From: Clostridia bacterium
GTDB lineage: Bacteria; Bacillota; Peptococcia; DRI-13; SM3-B62
Direction of reading: 5' to 3'
DNA length: 64,000 nucleotides
Assembly: GCA_018432615.1 (NCBI GenBank)
Contig: JAHDSQ010000004.1
Span: 16,203-80,202, forward strand
Shown here: piece after piece, positions 37,330-46,850 of the stretch
How the letters are laid out: every line of letters begins with the position of its first letter
How positions within the stretch are numbered: position 1 is the stretch's first letter
The notes under the pieces: generated by a model
What the model saw: the letters and a program-made list of their open reading frames with translations, nothing else
Told to the model about the DNA's origin: nothing
Database searches by the model: none
Made by a program: the position numbers and the translations under genes

Positions 37330-38023
37330 ATCCGGAGTCAGATATTTTTACCAAACCGCTGGCTAAAGCTTTTGTAGCGGCTTGAGTACGGCTGCGCACC
37401 TGAAGCTTCTCTAAAATATTTCGCACATGGTTTTTAACGGTGTATTCGCTGATATACAATTTCCTAGCTATTTCTTTATTGCTCATACCCAGTGCTAGTG
37501 CCGACAGAATTTCTTTTTCCCGTGGTGAAATGTTGTAACCTTGGTTTGCGGCGGGGTCGTCACAAACCAAGCCGTCTGCCGGTGCCGTTAAATGGACGAG
37601 CATGTTTCTCGTCATCGGCTTGGACAAAGGGATTTTTCCCGTAATCAAACTATTCAGGGACTTGATGATGTCCTTGGAGTGCATGCTTTTGTTTAAAAAA
37701 CCATGGGCTCCTGCCCGAAGAGCTTCGGCGATGGTGTTATCATCTTCGTTTACGGTAAGGATGATGATTAACGTGGCGGGACATCTGCTTAAAACCCTTT
37801 TGGTTGTTTCGATACCGTTAAGTCCCGGCATATACAAATCCATCAGGATAATATCTGGTTTTGATTTTTCGACTTCCAGTAAAGCCTGTTCTCCAGTTGC
37901 CGCCTCGGCGATTTTTTTGATGCCGGCATCAGAAAGCACACGGTGTAAACCCTCTCTGAAAAGAGGATGGTCGTCTACCAGAAGATAATTTAATTCAGTT
38001 AAAGAACCAGTTGCTATTCCCAT
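37325..38023 (-). CDS. NarL/LuxR-family response regulator
   Basis: Receiver domain ([15 protein letters not shown]) plus a LuxR HTH ([35 protein letters not shown]). Confidence 0.9.
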   Translation of the reverse strand: MGIATGSLTELNYLLVDDHPLFREGLHRVLSDAGIKKIAEAATGEQALLEVEKSKPDIILMDLYMPGLNGIETTKRVLSRCPATLIIILTVNEDDNTIAEALRAGAHGFLNKSMHSKDIIKSLNSLITGKIPLSKPMTRNMLVHLTAPADGLVCDDPAANQGYNISPREKEILSALALGMSNKEIARKLYISEYTVKNHVRNILEKLQVRSRTQAATKALASGLVKISDSGS

Positions 38024-39537
38024 CGTGATTCACCTTCATTTTTGCCGGGAAAGGTCAGGATGACCCGTGTTCCCTTTTTTTTGCCCGAAAGGATCTGCAA
38101 ACTCCCCCCTAGCATGGCGGCACGAGCGTGCATGATTCTTATGCCCTGGTGGATGGATTTAAACATATGTTGTTCGTCTTGATCAAAGCCTCTGCCGTTA
38201 TCCTCAATGGCAATTTTAACTTGCCGTCCGGTGAAGCTGACGGTTACTTTTGCTTCAGTGGCTTGGGAATGGCGTCTGATATTGGTCAAGGCTTCCTGAA
38301 CGATACGAATAATATGCAGCTGACTTTCGAATACCGGTTCAAAAGGGTCTCCTTTAATTTCTAAGGAGGTTTTGATATTTGTTAAGCGATAAAATTCTTG
38401 GATATATTCTTCAAAGGCTTTTATCAAGCCAAGGTCCTTCAATGTATTGACTCTCAAGCCGATTATCGCTTCCCTCACGTCGGCATAAGAACTGTCGACT
38501 ACCTTTCTCAGCTGAGATACCAATTCATAAGAATCGTCTATATTGTTATCTTTTAACCTCTTTTTTAAAGAATCCAAGCCCAGGCCCAAGTAGCCCAATG
38601 TTTGAGCAAGCCCATCGTGCATTTCCATGGCAAGTCTGTCTCTTTCCTGGAGAATAGCACTGCGCTGGGCTTCTTTGTAGTTAAGGGCATTGCGAATCCC
38701 GATACTCAACTGTACTCCGATGTTAGCAAATAATTGTTTGTCGAGCCACTTTTCATTCATGTTATCCCAAATAAAGATACAAAAACTATTGACATCCCCC
38801 TCGCTGTTCAATCCGGGGAAAGCTATAAAAAACCCGCTGCCAAATGCCTCCGTCAGAAAAGCCGCCGGAGGATCATTTTTCAGATGTCCCCAGAGGGTCT
38901 CAGAGGTCAAAGCTTTGTCTATTGAGCCGGGAATGGCTTGTGAATTCTTGATATCTCCAATGGAGGAGGCTAATTTAAAGGTGTTTTCTTTTGTTTTGAT
39001 ATAAAGGATACCGGCCTTGGCACCACAAGTCTGGGTCAATCTACGCAGGACGGTTTGGCCTAATGTCTCAAGGTTCAAGGACTGGCTGATGGCAGTTGCT
39101 GCGGCGTTTAAGAGATAGAGTTGAGTGTTTTTGCTTTCCAGTTCCTTCTGCAAATTTCTTTGATGGGTGATATCGGAATAAACCTCCACCCGTCCCAGCA
39201 AATACCCGTCGTCGTCGTAGACAGGTCCGCTGAAACGTTTCAAAACCCGTTGCCGTGGTATCACCACCTCGACTTCATCATTGGAAACCACCTCGGGATT
39301 GTCGTAGAGCCAAAATAGTTTCTTTTGAAATCCCTCCGGATCACTCACTCGCCACTTGATTTCTTTGGTAATAACCTCTCGCTTGTCCTGCTCGATAATC
39401 AAGGAGGGCGCGACCCCGAAATAATTCTGGAAGCGCTTATTACACATTACTACCTTGAAATCTTTATCTACCATTAAAATCGCATCATCAACGGAATCGA
39501 GAACGGCCCTTAGTCTTTGGTTGGTATGGACATACAT
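38014..39537 (-). CDS. Soluble sensor histidine kinase (PAS-GAF-HisKA_3-HATPase)
   Basis: No TM segment. NarX-type H-box [11 protein letters not shown]-terminal DNGRGF / GIRIMHARA. The ATG at 39537 follows GAGAGGGGTG. Confidence 0.85.
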   Translation of the reverse strand: MYVHTNQRLRAVLDSVDDAILMVDKDFKVVMCNKRFQNYFGVAPSLIIEQDKREVITKEIKWRVSDPEGFQKKLFWLYDNPEVVSNDEVEVVIPRQRVLKRFSGPVYDDDGYLLGRVEVYSDITHQRNLQKELESKNTQLYLLNAAATAISQSLNLETLGQTVLRRLTQTCGAKAGILYIKTKENTFKLASSIGDIKNSQAIPGSIDKALTSETLWGHLKNDPPAAFLTEAFGSGFFIAFPGLNSEGDVNSFCIFIWDNMNEKWLDKQLFANIGVQLSIGIRNALNYKEAQRSAILQERDRLAMEMHDGLAQTLGYLGLGLDSLKKRLKDNNIDDSYELVSQLRKVVDSSYADVREAIIGLRVNTLKDLGLIKAFEEYIQEFYRLTNIKTSLEIKGDPFEPVFESQLHIIRIVQEALTNIRRHSQATEAKVTVSFTGRQVKIAIEDNGRGFDQDEQHMFKSIHQGIRIMHARAAMLGGSLQILSGKKKGTRVILTFPGKNEGESRWE

Positions 39538-39610
39538 AAAGAACACCCCTCTCGAAATTAGCATTTGATATACTAATTAGCGATAAGCTTTTAAAATACC
39601 TTTTTGACAA

Positions 39611-39708
39611 TAGTTCTTTGGAGCTAGACATTTAGAACTAAATTTCAGCAAAAACAAGTCTAAGAAGAACTATTTTAATAAACTAACGAAATAGTCTTAA
39701 AATAACTA
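39611..39708. promoter_or_regulatory. Cluster of five TAGT(T/C)(C/T/A)T heptamers in both orientations (candidate NarL/LuxR-type binding sites)
   Basis: TAGTTCT at 39611 (+), 39634-39640 (-) and 39666-39672 (-). TAGTCTT at 39692 (+). TAGTTAT at 39702-39708 (-). All lie in the divergent kinase/cynS intergenic region. Confidence 0.45.
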
Positions 39709-39795
39709 CTTTGGTGCATACATCTTTTCAATTCCCCGTGTTACATTAAGAATGCGGCCGCGGAACGCAAAAAATATTATTGAGGGGGAATTGAG

Positions 39796-40281
39796 ATGTC
39801 AGCTACACCAATGAGTAACCGTGATTATTTGTGGAATTACCGGGGAGAAGCTTTAGCGGTGGTTAAAAAGGCTAAGGCCAAAAAAGGTGTTACCTATGAT
39901 CAACTGGCAGAAAAATTAGGCTGCAGTTCAAGCTGGCTGGCCAGTGCTTTCGATGGTCAGCAGTACGTACCGCCTGCATATGCCGAAAAGCTCGCAACTG
40001 AGCTGGGACTGTCCCGTGAAGATGTGGCTGTACTGCAAGAGCATCCTTACAAAGGAAATGCCGACCCAATCCTCTATCGTCTGCATGAAGTATTCGATAC
40101 CTTTGGTCCGGCTATCAAAGAGCTTATCCATGAAAAATTTGCCGATGGTAACGGGATAATGAGCGCCATTGACTTCGCTGTATACGTAGACAGAAAAGAA
40201 GATCCTAAAGGAGATCGGGTTATTATCACCTTTGACGGAAAATTCCTGCCATACAGCTGCAAAGGAAAGTATCCTTGGTAG
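39796..40281 (+). CDS. cynS: Cyanase (cyanate hydratase)
   Basis: The C-terminal half aligns with E. coli CynS (HEKFADGNGIMSAIDF....DPKGDRVIITFDGKFLPY). Confidence 0.9.
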   Translation: MSATPMSNRDYLWNYRGEALAVVKKAKAKKGVTYDQLAEKLGCSSSWLASAFDGQQYVPPAYAEKLATELGLSREDVAVLQEHPYKGNADPILYRLHEVFDTFGPAIKELIHEKFADGNGIMSAIDFAVYVDRKEDPKGDRVIITFDGKFLPYSCKGKYPW

Positions 40282-40288
40282 AAAAAGC

Positions 40289-40324
40289 ATAGGGGAATGC
40301 CGGACTTGACCGGCGTTTCCCTAT
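40289..40324 (+). other. RNA stem-loop between cynS and the HPP gene (15-bp stem including two G-U pairs, 6-nt loop, no U-tract)
   Basis: AUAGGGGAAUGCCGG-acuuga-CCGGCGUUUCCCUAU. Confidence 0.55.
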
Positions 40325-40371
40325 AAGGAAACTTCATCTTTACGATATTAAGCCAAGGGAGGAGGGTTCTT

Positions 40372-40929
40372 ATGATTGAAGCCAAAGCATCTCAGCAGAC
40401 ACAGGAAGCAAAGGTTTCATATTTTGGGAAATGGGCGGGGAAAACCTTCAAAGCGGAATTGCCCGCACCAAGCGTGACAAGTGTTTTCTGGTCTTTTTTG
40501 GCAGGTTTTTTGGGGATTCTGGCTGTAGCGTATCTGGCGGAGGAAGCGGGGATATTCTCGTTGTTTGCGCCTTTTGGAGCCTCGGCGGTACTTCTGTACG
40601 GAGCTCCAACTGCACCCTTTTCTCAACCCCGTAATTTGCTGGGAGGACATATAATTTCGGCCATAATAGGTGTCACCGTTTTAAATGTTTTGGGAAATGG
40701 CTACGCGTCCATTGCTTTAGCCGTTGCCCTGGCAATAGCGATTATGCTTCTTACCAAAACCGTGCATCCGCCTGCCGGTGCTACTGCCCTGTTGGGAGTG
40801 GTTGCTTCCGGAGGAGGTTATGCCTGGGTCTTGGCTCCGGTTGGACTAGGTGCCGTTGTTTTGCTTCTGGTAGCACTTATCGTTAACAATATGTCGCCGG
40901 AGAGAATTTATCCGAGCTATTGGTTATGA
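40372..40929 (+). CDS. HPP-family integral membrane protein
   Basis: VHPPAGATAL signature and four or five TM helices; 185 aa. Confidence 0.8.
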   Translation: MIEAKASQQTQEAKVSYFGKWAGKTFKAELPAPSVTSVFWSFLAGFLGILAVAYLAEEAGIFSLFAPFGASAVLLYGAPTAPFSQPRNLLGGHIISAIIGVTVLNVLGNGYASIALAVALAIAIMLLTKTVHPPAGATALLGVVASGGGYAWVLAPVGLGAVVLLLVALIVNNMSPERIYPSYWL

Positions 40930-41002
40930 CCATCATATTATAAGGTGTTGAAACATGCAATTTTCAGCATCTTATAATATTTTTATGTAGGAGTGGTGGC
41001 TA

Positions 41003-41536
41003 ATGATAATTAAAGAAATGCTTGAGGCAAACAGGAGATTCAGCAGGGAAAGTGGGATAAAAACGTTTGAGGCAAAGAAACCGAGGAAATCTTTAGTGAT
41101 TCTAACGTGTATGGACCATAGACTGGTTGATTTTTTAGAGCCGGCCTTAGGTATTGCCAGAGGAGATGCGGCTGTTATCAAAAATGCAGGCAACACAGTT
41201 GCCGGTGAAAACAACGATGTTTTAAGATCACTGCTTGTAGCTCTTTATCTCTTGGAATGCAAGGAAATAGTTGTTGTAGGCCATACTGGATGCGGCATGA
41301 AAAAAACAAATACCGGTCAATTTAAAGAAAAAATGCTCCAAGCGGGTATTAAGGAGCAAAACATAGAAAACCTGGAATTAGACAACTGGCTTGGCAGTTT
41401 CGAATCAGAAAAGGGCAATATTATTGATACCGTTGAAAGATTGCGCAACTCAAAATACATTGCCAAAGAAGTTCCTATTCACGGGCTCTTGTTGGATTTG
41501 GGAACCGGAAGCGCAGAACACCTGGTTACTGTCTGA
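41003..41536 (+). CDS. Beta-class carbonic anhydrase
   Basis: Zinc/catalytic motifs C-x-D-x-R (TCMDHRL) and H-x-x-C (GHTGCGM). Confidence 0.8.
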   Translation: MIIKEMLEANRRFSRESGIKTFEAKKPRKSLVILTCMDHRLVDFLEPALGIARGDAAVIKNAGNTVAGENNDVLRSLLVALYLLECKEIVVVGHTGCGMKKTNTGQFKEKMLQAGIKEQNIENLELDNWLGSFESEKGNIIDTVERLRNSKYIAKEVPIHGLLLDLGTGSAEHLVTV

Positions 41537-41557
41537 GCAGCAATTAATCTTAGTACC

Positions 41558-42151
41558 TTACAAAAGCCCGGAAACTGACAAAGCACTGTACAACAGCAAT
41601 AACCCCATAATAATATTAAAGGGCCGGCGGTATTTTGCCAGGAATTTTTGGAATGCAGCACCGAATAAAGCCCAGCAAGAAACAGAGATAAAACCGATGG
41701 AGGCAAGAAGGAGTGAAAACAGCACAATATGAGGATATGAGTTGAAGTAGGGAAGAATGAATCCCGATGTTACTGTTATTCCGTACATTATAGCCTTAGG
41801 GTTGATGAATTGTAATAAAAAACCCGTTAAGAAAGAGTTTAAACGGGTTTTTTTCTTATCTTCCGATGAGGGTTTACTCGTCATGATCTTAACTGCCAGA
41901 TACGACATATAGAGTGCTCCGAGGATACCGATATATTGTTTGATTTGGGGCAGCAGGTTAAAGATGAAAAGATTAAAAAAGCTGCTTAGCAATAAAGTGA
42001 CAGCAAAACCTACAGCAACTCCCAGTGTGAAATTCAAGGTCTTCCGATAACCAAAGCGGTTGGCGAGTGCCATAGACATGATATTGTTCGGCCCTGGTGT
42101 GAAGGTTGTTACGAAGACATACGAGATAAACGGAAAGAAATTTGGTATCAT
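41558..42151 (-). CDS. LysE/RhtB-family amino-acid exporter
   Basis: N-terminal FTPGPNN motif and six TM segments. The ATG at 42151 follows AAAGGAG. Confidence 0.8.
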   Translation of the reverse strand: MIPNFFPFISYVFVTTFTPGPNNIMSMALANRFGYRKTLNFTLGVAVGFAVTLLLSSFFNLFIFNLLPQIKQYIGILGALYMSYLAVKIMTSKPSSEDKKKTRLNSFLTGFLLQFINPKAIMYGITVTSGFILPYFNSYPHIVLFSLLLASIGFISVSCWALFGAAFQKFLAKYRRPFNIIMGLLLLYSALSVSGLL

Positions 42152-42210
42152 TTCGGACTCCTTTATATTATGCTTCAAAAATTATTGTTCTAGAGCAGTG
42201 TCAGCCGGAG

Positions 42211-43911
42211 TCACTTCACCTGCAAAGTCCGCAAACGGTTAAGGGCTGCGGCCAACTCAATAGTACGAGGCAAGGCCAGATCCCCGGGGTGTTTACCGTA
42301 GTAGGGGGAAATTACATCCAGGCCTTTTTGGCTGATTTCATTATACAGCCTTTCAACAATAACCGATAGGTCGGTAGAACCGTCGGCCAGGTTGTTAGCG
42401 ATGTAACGAATCATTTCGGCGATGGCTCGCGTCTGGCTGGAATCAACGAGTTGTTCCACTAAGGAGAGATTGATGGTGTTGACTCCGTAAATAATGGTGT
42501 GCAACCCCTTGCAGTCAACCTTCTCTTTTCTGCCCCGGAAGGCATTGAAACTTTGGGGCCGGATGATTCTTGGTGTAATCGAGCCGAAGCTGTGTCCACC
42601 CTCCTGTTGCCGCAATTGGGTCAGGCTTTTGCTTATTTCCCTGGCCTTTTCTGTTACTTCCCGCGGTCGGTATTCATCCATCATAATAATGTGGTCGGCA
42701 ACGTCGAAATAGTCACCGGAACCTCCGATTACTATAATAGTTGAAACTCCGTAATCGGTGTAGAGCTGTCTCACCTTATCCACAAAAGGTGTGATAGGCT
42801 CTTTATTTTTACTGACCAACTCCTGCATTCGAGCGTCACGGATCATGAAATTGGTAGCGCTGGTGTCCTCATCGATTAAAAGAAGTTTGCTGCCTATTTC
42901 CAGGCCTTCGATGATGTTTGCCGCTTGGGAAGTGCTGCCGCTGGCATCATCGGAGGTGAAGCGTTCGGTATCCTTGCCAAAGGGCAGGTTATTGATGAAA
43001 GGGGAAATATTGACCCTTTCTATGCGGCGACCGTCTTCGGCCCTGATTTTATAGGCGGTACAATCGGTAATGACGTATTCTCTGCCGTCTCCGGCGATGT
43101 GGTTGTATACGCCGCGTTCAATGGCTTTGAGAAGGGTGCTCTTGCCGTGGTAGCCGCCGCCGACTATGAGACTGACCCCCTGGGGGAGAGCCATTCCCTT
43201 CAGAGGTTTGTCCTGGGGCAATGGTATCTCTATTTCCAGTGAGGGAGGGGATGAGAAGGGTACTACCTGCTGTCCACGCAGCGGGCGGTTACTGATGCCG
43301 CTTTCTCTGGGCAGGATGGAGCCGTTGGCGACAAAGCAAATATAACCGTGTTCTGCCAAAAAGTTCCGGATAAATTCCTGCTTGTCGCTTAAGCTGAGCT
43401 GGGCAGCTAATTTGGTACGGTCAAATTCCAGAGCGGCCTTTTTGATAAGCCCCGGAACGTATTGACACAAAAGGCGTTCTGCCTCTTTACCTAAGACGGT
43501 CCTGCCTGCAGCCGGCAGTCCCACAAAAAGGCGGAATTCTACCTTTTGCGGCGTGACCAAAACAGCGGTACGCGGCAATATTTCCTGTCCCGGAGAATCG
43601 ATATTGATCAAACCGCTTTTTCCGGTGCCCCTGATATCATTGCGAAAAGAAAACAGCCTTTGGGCTGCTTCCCTGGCCAAAAAATCTTCAAAGGCCGTGC
43701 GGCGGTGAGCTGGTTGAAAGCAGCTTTCGTCATACTTGATCGTTTCTCTCTTAAACTCTAGCCTTAAACGGGAAGGAGCGGCAAAAGGATCGCCCTGCAC
43801 ATAATCGATATGCAGTCGAAAGCCGCTTCCTTCGTAAGTTCCTTGAATGTCTTTGTATGCCTTATATCCTTTTTTGTCAATGCGTAAAAGGTTGGTTCTC
43901 AGTCTTTCCAA
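42211..43911 (-). CDS. ABC_ATPase-domain protein (predicted ATPase of the ABC class, PF09818-like)
   Basis: N-terminal YKAYKDIQG..DYVQGDPFAAPSRLR and Walker A GGGYHGKSTLL. Soluble, 566 aa, TTG start. Confidence 0.75.
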   Translation of the reverse strand: MERLRTNLLRIDKKGYKAYKDIQGTYEGSGFRLHIDYVQGDPFAAPSRLRLEFKRETIKYDESCFQPAHRRTAFEDFLAREAAQRLFSFRNDIRGTGKSGLINIDSPGQEILPRTAVLVTPQKVEFRLFVGLPAAGRTVLGKEAERLLCQYVPGLIKKAALEFDRTKLAAQLSLSDKQEFIRNFLAEHGYICFVANGSILPRESGISNRPLRGQQVVPFSSPPSLEIEIPLPQDKPLKGMALPQGVSLIVGGGYHGKSTLLKAIERGVYNHIAGDGREYVITDCTAYKIRAEDGRRIERVNISPFINNLPFGKDTERFTSDDASGSTSQAANIIEGLEIGSKLLLIDEDTSATNFMIRDARMQELVSKNKEPITPFVDKVRQLYTDYGVSTIIVIGGSGDYFDVADHIIMMDEYRPREVTEKAREISKSLTQLRQQEGGHSFGSITPRIIRPQSFNAFRGRKEKVDCKGLHTIIYGVNTINLSLVEQLVDSSQTRAIAEMIRYIANNLADGSTDLSVIVERLYNEISQKGLDVISPYYGKHPGDLALPRTIELAAALNRLRTLQVK

Positions 43912-43931
43912 TGTACTTCATTCCTTATGGT

Positions 43932-44825
43932 TTAGTTTCTGGTCAAGTAGTCTCTGATGGTGGAGATGTTCATGGTTATTTCCCTTGTAACCTCCGGCCT
44001 GTTCATGGTGTAAAGATGGATACCGTCGACTCCCCAGGACAACAAATCGATTATTTGTTCTGTGGCAAAGGCGATACCGGCCTCTTTTAAGGCCTCGGGA
44101 CTGTGTTCGTACTTATCCATCATTCTTGCCAGTTTGGGAGGAACAGATGCCCCTGTTAGAGAGGTCATCCGGTGGATTTGGTTTTTATTGAGGGCAGGCA
44201 TTACGCCGACGGTAACCGGAAGGTTGATGCCCATAGCTTTAGTCTTGTCCAAAAAATCATAGAAAAGCTCGTTATCAAAGAAAAGCTGTGTAATCAAAAA
44301 GTCTGCTCCCGCTTCGACCTTAGCCTTCAGGTGGTCTAAATCCTTCTGCATATCGTCGCATTCGGGATGGACTTCGGGATAACAAGCGGCACCGATGGAG
44401 AAACCGCCCCGATTTTTAACCTCTTTCACAAGGTCGCAGGCATAGTTATAATGGAGGGGATTGGGAAACTCAAAATCCGCCTCCTGGGGCAGGTCACCCC
44501 GCAGGGTTAAAACGTTGTGAATGTCGTTTTCCGCCAATTGGGAGAGCATTGTGCCAATTTCCTCTTTGGTAGACGTGATACAGGTCAAGTGGGCTAAGGC
44601 TTCGACCCCGTATTTATGTTTAATTAATGAAGCGATTTCCAGCGTCCGGTCCTTGGTACTTCCTCCGGCACCATAGGTGACGCTGATGTAATCCGGCTTT
44701 AAATCCTTTAATCCGTCCAATGTGGAATAAATGGCTTCGATTGAACCATCTTTTTTCGGGGGAAATATTTCAAAAGATATTACCGGTTTGCGCTGAGCGA
44801 AGATATCTTTAATGTACATTGTCAA
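43932..44825 (-). CDS. metF: Methylenetetrahydrofolate reductase
   Basis: ISFEIFPPK, VTYGAGGST and TCI motifs. The start may be the ATG at 44819. Confidence 0.9.
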   Translation of the reverse strand: MTMYIKDIFAQRKPVISFEIFPPKKDGSIEAIYSTLDGLKDLKPDYISVTYGAGGSTKDRTLEIASLIKHKYGVEALAHLTCITSTKEEIGTMLSQLAENDIHNVLTLRGDLPQEADFEFPNPLHYNYACDLVKEVKNRGGFSIGAACYPEVHPECDDMQKDLDHLKAKVEAGADFLITQLFFDNELFYDFLDKTKAMGINLPVTVGVMPALNKNQIHRMTSLTGASVPPKLARMMDKYEHSPEALKEAGIAFATEQIIDLLSWGVDGIHLYTMNRPEVTREITMNISTIRDYLTRN

Positions 44826-44990
44826 ACAACACCTCCATAGAATACCTAAATCACATCAATTTTAATATTTTTGAGCCCGGATGTATAGACAGTAAATTGA
44901 TAAAATGAAATATATTCTCAAGAAAAATATTATTTTTGCAGGGTAGGGGGCATAATCTTACGTCTTTATAAAGGGGAAAGGGGGGGAGGT

Positions 44991-45566
44991 ATGACCTATG
45001 ATGATGAACGTTTGGTAAAGCAAGTCTTAGCGGGGAATGACAATGCTTTTGCCTACATTGTCGATCGCTATAAGGCTTATGTTTTTGCTATCATTTTAAA
45101 TATTTGTCAAGATAGATTTGAAGCGGAGAATATCGCTCAAGAGGTTTTTTTACAGGTCTATCGATCCCTTCACCAGTTTAAGTCTCAGGATCTGAAGGCC
45201 TGGATCGGTAAAATCACCGTAAGAAAGACTGTTGATAATCACCGCAAGAACCTGAAATATTCCCGCGAAGGACAATTTACGACATGTCCGGATTTTTCAG
45301 CCTTTTCGGTAGCTTATGAAAACACAAACCAAGAAAGGGATAATCCGGAGGAGCTTGTCTTACAAAAAGAACAGAGGCAAAGGATCAGAAATGTTTGCAC
45401 GAAACTTCCCAAGATATACAGCAGGGTCGTGGAGAAACACTACTTTGAAGGAAAGAGTTATCGGGAAATTGCGGCAGAGGAAGGGATCGCCCCTAAAACC
45501 GTGGAGTCAAGGCTTTATCGGGCAAGGTTCTTGTTCAGGGAAAAATGGAGGGAGGGAGACTTATGA
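44991..45566 (+). CDS. ECF-type RNA polymerase sigma-70 family factor
   Basis: Region 2 (AQEVFLQVYRSL) and region 4 HTH (KSYREIAAEEGIAPKTVESRLYRAR). Confidence 0.9.
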   Translation: MTYDDERLVKQVLAGNDNAFAYIVDRYKAYVFAIILNICQDRFEAENIAQEVFLQVYRSLHQFKSQDLKAWIGKITVRKTVDNHRKNLKYSREGQFTTCPDFSAFSVAYENTNQERDNPEELVLQKEQRQRIRNVCTKLPKIYSRVVEKHYFEGKSYREIAAEEGIAPKTVESRLYRARFLFREKWREGDL

Positions 45567-46054
45567 AACATTTCGACAGGTCCGCATGGCTTCTTTATCA
45601 ACAGGGATTGCTGGAGAATGAAAAAAGTGACCGGATGGAACGACACCTGTACGAATGTGAAGAGTGTCAGGAAGTCTTTTTGTCCCTGGTGGATGAAACC
45701 CAACTTGCTGCTGCGGAAGAAATGCTGCCGGAGGATTTTACCGGGCGGGTAATGCATGACATTGCAGAAGAAAAAAGTGCCGCCAAGTCTAAGCAGCGAA
45801 TGAGTGAGAAGAAAAAAAATCTCCTTATTTACTATGTTGCGGCAGCATCCGTCACAATCGTCTTTGTAGCCGGGGGATTGTTTCAATCCCTTGTTTATAC
45901 CGGACCCCAGGTTTTAGCTTCTCTCGACAGCCGGTTTTCCATAACAAGTTTAGAACCGGATTTTAAATGGCCGGGAAAGATTGTAGATAAAGCCGCGAAG
46001 ATGATTAACAATTATGAAGTATACGGGAGGTTTGATAATGAAGAAGAAAAGTAA
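45563..46054 (+). CDS. Anti-sigma factor (zf-HC2 type) with one TM segment
   Basis: H-x3-C-x2-C motif HLYECEEC. ATGA overlap with the sigma gene stop. Strong RBS GGAGGGAGGGAG. Confidence 0.8.
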   Translation: MKHFDRSAWLLYQQGLLENEKSDRMERHLYECEECQEVFLSLVDETQLAAAEEMLPEDFTGRVMHDIAEEKSAAKSKQRMSEKKKNLLIYYVAAASVTIVFVAGGLFQSLVYTGPQVLASLDSRFSITSLEPDFKWPGKIVDKAAKMINNYEVYGRFDNEEEK

Positions 46055-46850
46055 GTTTATTGCCTTTATCCTTTCTTTCATACCGGGTTTGAGCCATGCC
46101 TATGTGGGAGCAAGGGAGCGGGCTTTGATATTCTTCAGCCTTTTTTTGGGCACCATTTGCGCGGTAACGGGGCTCTGCTTTTTAGCGGGGTCGGATGATT
46201 TTTTTATCGTATTACTATTCGTGCTTCCCCTCATTTGGTTTATCGCTATGCTGGATGCCATGTTTTTGACCGATAGGAGACAAGGTAGCGAAGAAAGCGG
46301 GCAGAACGGGGAGAGGGAGAATGGGAACGACTTTTCCTCGATCGCAAAAAGTAACGACAACCGCAAATTGCTGACCATTGCTTTTTCCTTCATTCCGGGA
46401 GCCGGACATATGTACCTCGGCTTGCAGCAGCAAGGGCTACAGTTTATGAGTTTGTTTGCTTTTACCGCCTTCTTAATGGGTTGGTTGAACATGAGCCTGT
46501 TCTTATTTGCCCTGCCGGTAATCTGGTTTTACAGCCTGTTTGATGCTTACCATCGGATCGAAGAGGATAGGAAGACGGATTGGGATAAGGGACTCCCTAT
46601 CTTTGGATTTTTAAGGACGCATCCCCAGTGGGTCGGTTGGGGCATGATTGCCCTGGGATGTTTGATTGTGTTGGAAAGAATAGTATCTCCGTTTATTAGT
46701 TACCAACTCCGGAACATCTTCCAAACCGGATTGGTTGCCGCAGTCCTGATTTTCTTTGGGATAAAACTTTTAAGGGGAGAAAAAATGCTTGAAGGGAAAG
46801 ACTCGGTTGAAGGCAAAGAGGAGGTTGAACAATGCGACAGCGCAGAGTAG
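46038..46850 (+). CDS. Polytopic membrane protein with an internally duplicated FIPG-x-x-H-x-Y-x-G module
   Basis: Two copies of about 75 aa each (FIPGLSHAYVG...LPLIWFIAMLDA and FIPGAGHMYLG...LPVIWFYSLFDA), plus a LiaF-like C-terminal TM region. Confidence 0.65.
   Translation: MKKKSKFIAFILSFIPGLSHAYVGARERALIFFSLFLGTICAVTGLCFLAGSDDFFIVLLFVLPLIWFIAMLDAMFLTDRRQGSEESGQNGERENGNDFSSIAKSNDNRKLLTIAFSFIPGAGHMYLGLQQQGLQFMSLFAFTAFLMGWLNMSLFLFALPVIWFYSLFDAYHRIEEDRKTDWDKGLPIFGFLRTHPQWVGWGMIALGCLIVLERIVSPFISYQLRNIFQTGLVAAVLIFFGIKLLRGEKMLEGKDSVEGKEEVEQCDSAE

Noticed and set aside
44826-44990. An expected SAM (S-box) riboswitch upstream of metF, and an ECF-type autoregulated promoter (..CGTC -10) upstream of the sigma gene.
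   Set aside because: The 165-nt divergent region contains none of the conserved S-box segments on the minus strand. A CGTC is present (ACGTCTT), but I could not pair it with a convincing -35 AAC element.
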